A stretch of DNA of 34,240 nt from Acidimicrobiales bacterium (lineage in GTDB: Bacteria; Actinomycetota; Acidimicrobiia; Acidimicrobiales; RAAP-2), in assembly GCA_050743525.1 (NCBI GenBank), contig JBOGFV010000022.1, forward strand, positions 1-34,240, written 5' to 3'. A program made the translations under genes and the position numbers. The notes under the pieces were generated by a model, which saw nothing but the letters and a program-made list of their open reading frames with translations, was not told the DNA's origin and ran no database searches. The stretch's first letter is position 1, and each line of letters starts with the position of its first letter. This document shows, in pieces, positions 23,960 through 31,938 of the stretch.

Positions 23960-24352
23960 CTACGAGCTGGTCGACCCCGAGCGAGCCAACAGGTCCCTGA
24001 TCTCGGTCAGGATCTGGACCTCCTCGGACACCTCGGCCTCGTCTGTCTGCGGGCCCCGCCGGCGGGCCAGCACGGCGTTCATCGGGGCGACCACGAGGAA
24101 GTAGACGGCGGCCGCGATGGCGAGGAAGGCGATGATGACGTTGACGAGGTCGCCGTAGTGGAAGGTGCTGTGGTGCACCGTGAAGGTCAGGTTGTTGAAG
24201 TTCGGCTTGCCGGCGATGGCGGCGATCAGCGGGGTGACGATGTCCCGGACCAGCGCCTGGACCACTGCATTGAACGCCACCCCGATGACCACCGCGATCG
24301 CCAGGTCGACCACGGTGCCCCGCAGGATGAACTGCCGGAATCCCTTGAGCAT
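23960..24352 (-). CDS. mscL: Large-conductance mechanosensitive channel MscL
   Basis: ATG at 24352. MLKGFRQFILRGTVVDLAIAVVIGVAFNAVVQALVRDIVTPLI is the canonical MscL TM1. Length 130 aa with a second TM and a charged C-terminal helix. Confidence 0.9.
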   Translation of the reverse strand: MLKGFRQFILRGTVVDLAIAVVIGVAFNAVVQALVRDIVTPLIAAIAGKPNFNNLTFTVHHSTFHYGDLVNVIIAFLAIAAAVYFLVVAPMNAVLARRRGPQTDEAEVSEEVQILTEIRDLLARSGSTSS

Positions 24353-24408
24353 GGTGTGCCCCCTCTCCCTCGGCCACCTCCGGGTGGCCTTCTGGAGCTT
24401 GGCACACC
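24353..24408. promoter_or_regulatory. Nested inverted repeats in the mscL / copZ divergent intergenic region
   Basis: Outer arms: GGTGTGCC (24353..24360) and GGCACACC (24401..24408). Inner arms: GGCCACC (24372..24378) and GGTGGCC (24383..24389), with a 4-nt spacer. The outer arm abuts the mscL start codon. Confidence 0.3.
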
Positions 24409-24474
24409 CCCTGAGCTGGGATCGGGTTCGCGGCGACGGCCCGATCGAGTGAGCGTGGGAATTACGCTGGGCCA

Positions 24475-24726
24475 ATGCCGATCGACGCCGACGGGACTGG
24501 CACCATGGTCGAGCTCGAGGTGGGTGGCATGCACTGTCAGTCCTGTGTGGCCCTGATCGAGGAGACGCTGGCTTCAGAACCCTGGGTGAAGTCGGTCCGC
24601 GTCGACCTCGATGCCGGTCGGGCCCTCGTCGTGTTCGACGGCAGCGCCATCACGGTCGACGAATTGTGCGCCGCGGTGGTGGGGGCGGGTTACCCCGCCC
24701 GCTCTCTCTCTTCTCCGGGTTCCTAA
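24475..24726 (+). CDS. copZ: Copper chaperone CopZ (HMA domain)
   Basis: MVELEVGGMHCQSCVALIEETL carries the MxCxxC metal-binding motif in a ferredoxin-like domain of about 70 aa. An alternative start lies at 24505. Confidence 0.85.
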   Translation: MPIDADGTGTMVELEVGGMHCQSCVALIEETLASEPWVKSVRVDLDAGRALVVFDGSAITVDELCAAVVGAGYPARSLSSPGS

Positions 24727-24775
24727 TGCTCACCGCCCCCTTGGACCGGGCGGTCGCGATCGAAGAGGGCGTCCG

Positions 24776-27394
24776 GTGGTGACGACCAGCGAGCTCGCGC
24801 TCGAGGGCATGCACTGCAGCGCCTGCGCGACCCGGATTGAGCGAACGTTGTCGGGCCGGGCCGCCGTGCTCAGCGCCTCGGTCAACCTGGCCACCAACCG
24901 AGCCTTCGTGACCTACGACACCGATGCGGCGGACCTCGCCGACCTGTGCGCGGCGGTCGTCGCGATCGGCTACGGCGCCACCGAGGCCGGACCCGGTGGC
25001 GAGCCATCGGGCGGTGATTCGGAGCGTTGGATCGCCCGGGCGCTGGTGTCGTGGCCAGCGGCCGTCGCCGCGCTGCTGGTGGCGCTGGTCGGCCCCGAGA
25101 ACGCGACGGCCGGATGGGCGGTCCTCATCCTCGGGATCCTCGTCGAGCTGACCGGGGGCTGGCCATTCATCCGCACGACCGTCCGGCTCCTCCGGCACGG
25201 CGCGACCAGCATGGACACGCTCATCGCGGTGGGGACGCTGGCCGCGCTGACGGTCAGTGCCGTCGAGGCGATCGCCCTCGGCGGCCGCCATGTGCACCTC
25301 GGCGGCAACGGCGCCTTTGCGGCCCGCCTGCACGGCGTGATGGCACCGATCATCGTGTCGATTCTCGTGACCGGCCGAGCCATCGAGGCGCGCGCTCGAC
25401 ACCGGGCCGCCCGCGCGATGCGGTCCCTGATGGGCCTGAGGCCGCCCACGGCCCGGGTCGTGGTCGGCCTCGACGACCAGGAGGGGCGACTGGTCGCGCC
25501 TGAGAGTGTCCCGGTCGGCGCGCTCGTGCGGATCCGCCCGAACGAGGTCATCCCGCTCGACGGCACGGTCATGACCGGCCACTCGGCGGTCGACGAGTCC
25601 CTTCTGACGGGCGAGCCGCTGCCAGTCGACCGCGGTCCCGGGAGTCCGGTGACCGGCGGGACCCGAAACGGGTCGGGCGCATTGGTGGCCCAGGTCGAGA
25701 CGACCGCCGATGAGTCGGTGCTGGCCCAGATGCAGCGGCTCGTCGACGAGGCCCAGCGGGACAAGCCCCCGATCCAGCAACTGGCCGACCGCATCAGCGG
25801 GGTCTTCGTCCCGGCCGTGCTCCTGCTCGCGTTGGCCGCGTTCCTCGGGTGGTGGCTCGGTGACGGCAACTTCGGGATCGCCGTGCTGAGTGCGGTGGCG
25901 GTCCTTCTGGTCGCATGCCCTTGTGCGATGGGCCTCGCCACGCCGGTGGCGATGATGGTCGGCACCGGCCGGGCCTCGACGCTCGGCATCCTGATCCGCA
26001 GCGGGCAAGTGTTGGAGCGCCTCGCTCGGGCCGACACCGTGGCGTTCGACAAGACGGGCACCCTGACCGAGCGGTTCGCCCGGGTGACCACGGTGGCGGC
26101 CGTGGAGGGGATGGGCGACCACGAGCTGCTCGAACTGGCCTCGTCGGTGGAGGCCGAGAGCGAGCACCCGATCGCCTGGGCGATTCGGGACGCGGCCGCA
26201 CCCGCAGGTCAAGCGACCGCGGTCGAGTCGGTCACCGGATCCGGCGTGACCGGCCTTGTCGGCGGCCACCGGGTGAGCGTGGGCCGTGCCGACCCCAACG
26301 AGCTGCCCGCCGCCCTGGCCGATTCCGTCGCTGCGGCACTGGGCCGGGGCGACACGGTGGTCTCGGTGGCGCGCGACGGAGTGGTCGTCGGGGTGATCGG
26401 ACTGGCCACCCCAATTCGACCGGACGCGGCGCCGGCGGTCGCCCAGCTGCACGGCATGGGCCTCGACACCGCCATCTTGAGCGGCGACGGGGCCGAGGCG
26501 GTCAAGACGATCGCGGCGTCGGTGCGCATCGACGAGGTCCGCAGCCGGCTGGCCCCGGCCGACAAGTTGAACGCGTTGCGCGAGTGGCAGTCCGACGGTC
26601 ACCGGGTCGTGATGGTCGGTGACGGCGTGAACGACGCGCCGGCGCTCGCCGCCGCCGACATCGGGTGCGCGGTGGGCAGCGGCGCCGACATCGCCGTTTC
26701 CAACAGCGATGTCGCCCTCTTGGGCAGCAACCTGCACGGGGTTCCGGGGGCGATCGGGATCGCGAGGGCCACTTCGGCGGTCATCCTCCAGAACTTCGGG
26801 TGGGCGATGGGTTACAACATCTCGGCCATCCCGCTGGCGGCGGCCGGCCTTCTCGATCCACTGGTGGCGGCGATCACGATGGGCGTCTCCAGCCTGATCG
26901 TGGTCCTGAACAGCCTGCGGCTCATGCGGCTCGGCCGGGCCGGGATCGATACCATCAGACCCCCGACGCTCTTCCGGGGCGCCCGCGGGTTCGCCGCCTC
27001 GGTGCTGATCCCGGTCGCGTTGTTCGCCGGGGCGACCGTGGTGACGCAGATCTACTCGCCGAGCCGCGGACAGTCGCTGTTGCCGACCTTCTACGACATC
27101 ACCACCGTCGATCTCCCGGGTGGGGTCGGCGCGCAGGTGTACCTGGTCAAAGCGAATGCCGGCGTGAACACCTTCCATGTGCTGTTCACGACTCCGGGCC
27201 CCGCAGTTGGCCGACCCAGCGCCACGGCCGCCCGGGGGAGCGGGGTGCCGAGCCCCTTGCGAATCACCCGGTACAGCCCCAACCACTATCTGGCCGTCGG
27301 GGTGTTCACGCCTGCCGGCACCTGGCACTTCCAGGTCCACGTCCGGGTGGGTGGGCACCAGCGATCCTTCGGCATCGTCCGCACGCTCACCTGA
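24776..27394 (+). CDS. copA: Cu(I)-translocating P1B-type ATPase (CopA/CtpA-like) with an extra C-terminal TM helix and a roughly 110-aa extracytoplasmic domain
   Basis: I prefer the in-frame GTG at 24776 (VVTTSELALEGMHCSACATRIE) over the track start at 24611, which overlaps copZ. Motifs: CPC (LLVACPCAMGLATP), FDKTGTLT, SEHPIAWAI, MVGDGVNDAPAL, MGYNISAIP, MGVSSLIVVLNSLRL. A further 149 aa begin at 26945. Confidence 0.9.
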   Translation: MVTTSELALEGMHCSACATRIERTLSGRAAVLSASVNLATNRAFVTYDTDAADLADLCAAVVAIGYGATEAGPGGEPSGGDSERWIARALVSWPAAVAALLVALVGPENATAGWAVLILGILVELTGGWPFIRTTVRLLRHGATSMDTLIAVGTLAALTVSAVEAIALGGRHVHLGGNGAFAARLHGVMAPIIVSILVTGRAIEARARHRAARAMRSLMGLRPPTARVVVGLDDQEGRLVAPESVPVGALVRIRPNEVIPLDGTVMTGHSAVDESLLTGEPLPVDRGPGSPVTGGTRNGSGALVAQVETTADESVLAQMQRLVDEAQRDKPPIQQLADRISGVFVPAVLLLALAAFLGWWLGDGNFGIAVLSAVAVLLVACPCAMGLATPVAMMVGTGRASTLGILIRSGQVLERLARADTVAFDKTGTLTERFARVTTVAAVEGMGDHELLELASSVEAESEHPIAWAIRDAAAPAGQATAVESVTGSGVTGLVGGHRVSVGRADPNELPAALADSVAAALGRGDTVVSVARDGVVVGVIGLATPIRPDAAPAVAQLHGMGLDTAILSGDGAEAVKTIAASVRIDEVRSRLAPADKLNALREWQSDGHRVVMVGDGVNDAPALAAADIGCAVGSGADIAVSNSDVALLGSNLHGVPGAIGIARATSAVILQNFGWAMGYNISAIPLAAAGLLDPLVAAITMGVSSLIVVLNSLRLMRLGRAGIDTIRPPTLFRGARGFAASVLIPVALFAGATVVTQIYSPSRGQSLLPTFYDITTVDLPGGVGAQVYLVKANAGVNTFHVLFTTPGPAVGRPSATAARGSGVPSPLRITRYSPNHYLAVGVFTPAGTWHFQVHVRVGGHQRSFGIVRTLT

Positions 27395-27566
27395 GCGGTG
27401 CTCGGACACCCGAACGGATCCGCACGTCCCAATCCGTCAGCCCGACCCGCCAGACCGAGAGCCCGAGGCTGGGCTGCCGGTTCCAGCGAGGCCCTCGGGA
27501 GAAACGTCGGGCCCGAACCGTCCGGGCCTGCCTCACTGACCAGGCGCTGTTGGCTACCCTAAGGCC

Positions 27567-28697
27567 GTGCGACTGACCCGGGTTGTGAAATCGTTTGCCC
27601 CGCTGCTGCTCCTGGCCGCCGCCCTCACGGTGGTCATCGGTCCGTCGAGGGCCCAGGGCTCGGTCGCCATCACCACGATCAACCTCCAGCAGGCCCGGGC
27701 CTACACCCCCAAGGCGCCGGCCGGGGCCACCGACGACTACCACTGCACATTGCTCAACCCGCACGTGAAGGCGAACTCCTACATCGTCGGGAGCCAGTTC
27801 TTCCCCGGGTCCAAGGAAGACCACCACTCGATCCTCTTCCTGGTCCCGCCGAACCTGGCCAGCGCGGCCCAGGCGGCCAACGTCGGCAACGGCGGCTGGT
27901 CGTGCTTCGGTGAGACGCCGATCCCGGGCACCGGGCTGGGGCAGATCTCCAACACCCCGTGGCTCGCCGCCTGGGCGCCCGGCCACGGCGCTGACTCGCT
28001 GCCCAAGGGCACCGGCATCTACCTGCCGGCCGGCAGCCTCGTCGTGATGCAGGTCCACTACAACCTGCTGGTCGGGCACAAGCCGGTCAAGAACTCGCTC
28101 ACGCTAAAGACGGTCCCGGCCTCCACGCCGCTGCAGCCGCTGAAGCTGGACCTCATGCCGGCTCCGCCGGACATCCCGTGCCCGGCCAACACCAGCGGCC
28201 CGTTGTGCTCCCGTGCCGCGTCCCTGACCAACCTGGGTCAGCGGTTCGGGGCCAGCGCGGTCGGCTTTGTGAATGCCATCGAGGCGGTGTGCGGCCGGAG
28301 CCCGAGCAACCCGCCGATTGGCGACTCGACCTCGTGCGAGTGGCCCATCTACTCCGACGGCTACATCGTGCGGGCCGGAGCCCACATGCACCTGCTGGGG
28401 GTGAGCTTCACCATGACGCTCAACCCAGGCACGCCGCAGGCCAAGACCATCCTGAACGTGCCGGCCTACAACTTCGACTTCCAGAAGGCCTACACGATGG
28501 CCCACCCGATCCCGGTCCAACCCGGCGACAAGGTGCAGGTCACCTGCAACTACAACCCCCAGCTCGGCCAGGAGCTCCCGCTCCTGCGCAAGGTGGCGCC
28601 GCACTTCGTGACGTGGGGCGACGGGTCCTCCGACGAGATGTGCCTCGGGCTCATGTGGACCGCGACGGCCCTGCCGAACGCCTCGGCTTCGGTCTAG
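27567..28697 (+). CDS. Secreted copper type II ascorbate-dependent monooxygenase-like protein (PHM/DBH fold)
   Basis: Signal peptide MRLTRVVKSFAPLLLLAAALTVVIGPSRAQG. CuH-site ligand pattern: KEDHHSILF and VVMQVHYNL. CuM-site pattern: AGAHMHLLG (HxH) and SSDEMCLG (Met). Conserved Cys pairs: DDYHCTLL and GGWSCFGE. Confidence 0.8.
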   Translation: MRLTRVVKSFAPLLLLAAALTVVIGPSRAQGSVAITTINLQQARAYTPKAPAGATDDYHCTLLNPHVKANSYIVGSQFFPGSKEDHHSILFLVPPNLASAAQAANVGNGGWSCFGETPIPGTGLGQISNTPWLAAWAPGHGADSLPKGTGIYLPAGSLVVMQVHYNLLVGHKPVKNSLTLKTVPASTPLQPLKLDLMPAPPDIPCPANTSGPLCSRAASLTNLGQRFGASAVGFVNAIEAVCGRSPSNPPIGDSTSCEWPIYSDGYIVRAGAHMHLLGVSFTMTLNPGTPQAKTILNVPAYNFDFQKAYTMAHPIPVQPGDKVQVTCNYNPQLGQELPLLRKVAPHFVTWGDGSSDEMCLGLMWTATALPNASASV

Positions 28698-28713
28698 CGG
28701 CCCACCCGCCGCC

Positions 28714-29265
28714 CTAGTCCCCGGCCCAGCAGCCGAGGATCACCACCGCCACCGTCACCGCGATGTCGCTGGCCGCGGTCTGGGGCACGCCGAATCGGTC
28801 CGGCAGCCTGGCCACGTTGACGAGGAGCACCTTCCAGTCCTTGCGGACCACGACCGAGCCGTCGGCGGTCTGATAGGCCCCCTGGCCGAGGTTGGCCAGC
28901 GGCCGGACGAACCCCATGGTTCTCTTGAAGGACCGGAAGTAGCTGAACATCTGGTTCCAGCTCGACAGCTCCTGGATCGAGAGGGTGAAGCTCCCGGTCT
29001 TGTAGCCGTACGAGCAGCTGTAGCGGTGATCGCGCCAGGTGCGGGGACCGACCTTGCCCTTCAGCCCCAACGCGTCGGCCAGTTCGTGCTGGGCCTCGGA
29101 CTCGCAGGGCATCTTCGCGATCGGTGACGGCCTGAGTCCGGCCGGGAGCGGCGGTGGCTTCTTGGTCACCGCCGTCGCCGCTCCAGTGATCAGGACACAA
29201 AGCAATCCGGCCACCGCGACCGAGAGCCCCAGTCGGACCAGCGTCCGGATCGGTGCAGCATCCAC
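28714..29265 (-). CDS. Membrane-anchored/exported hypothetical protein
   Basis: 183 aa. N-terminal hydrophobic anchor LVRLGLSVAVAGLLCVLITGAATA, a Pro-rich spacer, then a globular part with 3 Cys. The coding frame has good GC3. Confidence 0.65.
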   Translation of the reverse strand: MDAAPIRTLVRLGLSVAVAGLLCVLITGAATAVTKKPPPLPAGLRPSPIAKMPCESEAQHELADALGLKGKVGPRTWRDHRYSCSYGYKTGSFTLSIQELSSWNQMFSYFRSFKRTMGFVRPLANLGQGAYQTADGSVVVRKDWKVLLVNVARLPDRFGVPQTAASDIAVTVAVVILGCWAGD

Positions 29266-29400
29266 CCCGCAAATCTAGGTGGGCACCCTGGGGGCGCCCC
29301 TTCATCTCGCCCGCGTACGGCGACTTCGTGCACAGGCTCGACGGACACCCAAGGGCGAGGGCCCGGGCGGGGGTCCGGCCGGGACCTGCCAAGATGTGGC

Positions 29401-30159
29401 GTGCTCTTCTCGATCGAAGGTAAGAACGCCCTCGTCACCGGGGGCTCCCGTGGCATCGGCAAGATGATCGCCACCGGCTTCGTCGAAGCCGGGGCCAAGG
29501 TCTACATCGCGGCGCGCAAGCACGCGGCGAGCGAAGAGACGGCGGCCGAGCTGTCCAAGATCGGTGAGTGCATCCCGTTCGAGGCCGACCTGTCGACCGA
29601 GGCCGGTTGTCGCGGCCTCGCCGACCGGATTGCCGAGCGCGAGGACAAGCTGCACATCCTGGTCAACAACGCCGGGGCGACCTGGGGCACCCCGCTCGAG
29701 GATTTCGACGATGCGGCGTGGGAAAGAGCTCTCTCGGTCAACGTCAAGGGCGTCTTCCACCTGACCAAGTTCCTGTTGCCCCTGCTCAAGGCGGCCGCCA
29801 CCCCGGAGGACCCGGCCCGGGTGATCAACATCGGCTCGATCGACGGCCTGCGGGCCCCCCGAATGGACACCTACTCGTACTCGGCCTCCAAGGCGGCCGT
29901 CCACATGCTGACCAGGCATCTGGCCGGCAAGCTGTCCCCGGAGATCACGGTGAACGCGATCGCTCCCGGTCCCTTCGAGTCCAAGATGATGGCCGAGACG
30001 CTCCGGAACTTCGGCGACTCCATCGCGGCGTCCGCCCCCATGAGGCGCATCGGCCGGCCCGACGACATGGCCGGCGCCGCCATCTTCCTGTCGTCGCGAG
30101 CCGGCTCGTACCTCACCGGGACCGTCATCCCGGTCGACGGAGGCATCTCAACCATCTGA
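29401..30159 (+). CDS. Short-chain dehydrogenase/reductase (SDR, classical)
   Basis: GTG start. ALVTGGSRGIGKMIATGF (TGxxxGxG), LVNNAGA, YSYSASKAAVHMLTRHLA (YxxxK), PGPFESKM. Confidence 0.85.
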   Translation: MLFSIEGKNALVTGGSRGIGKMIATGFVEAGAKVYIAARKHAASEETAAELSKIGECIPFEADLSTEAGCRGLADRIAEREDKLHILVNNAGATWGTPLEDFDDAAWERALSVNVKGVFHLTKFLLPLLKAAATPEDPARVINIGSIDGLRAPRMDTYSYSASKAAVHMLTRHLAGKLSPEITVNAIAPGPFESKMMAETLRNFGDSIAASAPMRRIGRPDDMAGAAIFLSSRAGSYLTGTVIPVDGGISTI

Positions 30160-31151
30160 TGCTCGTCGTCGCCGGGCCGGTCGGGGAACGCGGGCACGAG
30201 CGCACCGGACACCCGGAGCGCCCGGCGCGGCTCACCGCCGCGATGGCGGGCGTGCACGACCTCGAGCTCGGTGACGACCTCATGACGGTCGGCCCGGCGC
30301 CGGTGAGCGCCGACCAGCTCGCCCGGGTGCACGACCGGCGTCACCTCGAGTGGCTCGAGGCCCAGCCGCCGGGCCAGCTCGACGCCGACACCTATCTGGC
30401 CGCCGACTCTTGGGACACGGCGCTGCGGGCGGCCGGTGCCGGCCTCGCTGCCGTCGACACAGTCGGATCCCACGCCGGCGCGGTCGGCTTCGTGGCGGCC
30501 CGCCCGCCCGGCCACCACGCCGAGCGCCACCGGGCGATGGGGTTCTGCCTCATCAACAACATCGCGGTGGCGGCGGCCGAGCTGGCCGCCCGCGGGGAGC
30601 GGGTGGCGGTCATCGACTGGGACGTCCACCACGGCAACGGCACCCAGGAGATCTTCTGGGACGTGCCCGAGGTCCTGTACGTGTCGACCCACCAGTCGCC
30701 GTGGTACCCCGGGACTGGCCGGCCCGACGAGGTCGGCGGCACCCATGCCCGGGGCCAGACCCTCAACCTTCCGCTTCCGGCCGGCGCCACCGGGGATGTG
30801 CTGCGGCGGGCTTTCGAGGAGATCGCCGGGCCGGTGGTCGAGCGATTCGCGCCGAGCTGGGTGCTCGTGTCCGCCGGCTACGACGCCCATCGGGCCGACC
30901 CGCTCGCCCATCTCGAGCTCAGCTCCGGAGACTTCGCGGCGTTGGCCCGGATCGTCGCGTCGTATGGGACGTCGAAGATCGTGCTGTTTTTGGAGGGCGG
31001 CTACGACCTCGACGCCTTGCGGGCGTCGGTCGCGGCGTCGCTCGGCGCATTGGTCGACGCCGCGGTTGGCACCGAGGCGCCCACCGCCGGCGGACCCGGG
31101 GACGCCGCACTCGAGTCGTCCCGCCGCGCCTATGAGGGTGCCCTCTCATGA
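30159..31151 (+). CDS. Histone-deacetylase-family amidohydrolase (AcuC / acetylpolyamine amidohydrolase-like)
   Basis: The ATG at 30159 shares one nt with the SDR stop (TGATG). Motifs: ARPPGHHAERHRAMGFCLINN, IDWDVHHGNGTQEIF, STHQSPWYPGTG, LEGGYD. Confidence 0.85.
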   Translation: MLVVAGPVGERGHERTGHPERPARLTAAMAGVHDLELGDDLMTVGPAPVSADQLARVHDRRHLEWLEAQPPGQLDADTYLAADSWDTALRAAGAGLAAVDTVGSHAGAVGFVAARPPGHHAERHRAMGFCLINNIAVAAAELAARGERVAVIDWDVHHGNGTQEIFWDVPEVLYVSTHQSPWYPGTGRPDEVGGTHARGQTLNLPLPAGATGDVLRRAFEEIAGPVVERFAPSWVLVSAGYDAHRADPLAHLELSSGDFAALARIVASYGTSKIVLFLEGGYDLDALRASVAASLGALVDAAVGTEAPTAGGPGDAALESSRRAYEGALS

Positions 31152-31915
31152 TGTCAAAGGCGATCACGCGCTTCGAGCGACAGCTTCGCGACGAGGACGC
31201 CGAGGATGCTCGTGAAGCCCGGGTCGCGGTCCGGCGCCTGCGGGCCCAGCTCGTCCTGGCTGACTGCTTTGATCCCGACTGGGTGTGGCTGCTGCGCCGG
31301 GAGCTCCGTTGGGTCGAACAATCGGTTGGCGACGTGGTCGACGTCGACGCGCTGATGTGTTGGGTCGGGCGCCAGTCGGTCGACGACCGCGACGAGAAGG
31401 CGCGGGCCGAGCTCGTCGCCGAGCTGACCCGGGAGCGGTCCCGGGCCCACCGTCGTCTGGTTGCGTTGCTCGACTCGGCCCGCTACGAGCGGATGGTCCG
31501 CGACCTGGCCCGCCCGTACCGGGACCCCGAGGAGCTGGCCCGGTCGGTCGGACGGGAGTGGAAGTCGCTGAAGGCGGTCGTCGCCTCGGTCGGCGACCAC
31601 CCCGGCGACCAGGACCTGCACCGCCTGGCCATGCGGGTCGACCGGGTCCGCCACGGCGCCGAGCTGGCCAAAGACGCCGCACCGTGGGCGGCGACGCTGG
31701 CCGATGTGCGCGAGGCCCTCGACGCGTTGCAGGAGGCCTCGCTGGCCCAGGGCTGGCTCCGCCACGCCGCCGGTACTCCGACGGCCAGCTGGGACCTGTT
31801 GTCCGGCCAGCTGCTGGAGCGGGCCCGAGCCGCCGAGTCGGTCTGGCTGGACGAGTGGTCGACCCGCTGGGAGCTGGCCCGGGTCAAGAGCCTGCGGGCC
31901 TGGCTCAAGAGCTAG
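31148..31915 (+). CDS. CHAD domain protein
   Basis: The start overlaps the HDAC stop (ATGA). It is all-helical, with CHAD-type repeats AREARVAVRRLRAQLVL and DLHRLAMRVDRVRHGAELA. Confidence 0.7.
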   Translation: MMSKAITRFERQLRDEDAEDAREARVAVRRLRAQLVLADCFDPDWVWLLRRELRWVEQSVGDVVDVDALMCWVGRQSVDDRDEKARAELVAELTRERSRAHRRLVALLDSARYERMVRDLARPYRDPEELARSVGREWKSLKAVVASVGDHPGDQDLHRLAMRVDRVRHGAELAKDAAPWAATLADVREALDALQEASLAQGWLRHAAGTPTASWDLLSGQLLERARAAESVWLDEWSTRWELARVKSLRAWLKS

Positions 31916-31938
31916 GGCCCTCGCGTACGCTCGCCGCC

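Noticed and set aside
24353-24474. CsoR/CopY/CueR-type copper operator upstream of copZ
   Set aside because: The inverted repeats present do not resemble the operator consensus sequences I can recall, and no cognate regulator gene is in the window.
24650-27409. 919-aa minus-strand ORF
   Set aside because: It is exactly antisense to the copA gene, which carries all the P-type ATPase motifs. The translation is Arg/Asp/Gly/Pro-rich low complexity.
27462-27528. Hairpins after copA (CCCGAGG..CCTCGGG and GGCCCG-N7-CGGGCC) as an intrinsic terminator
   Set aside because: The stems are short with large or irregular loops, and no U-tract follows. They could equally be chance GC-rich complementarity.
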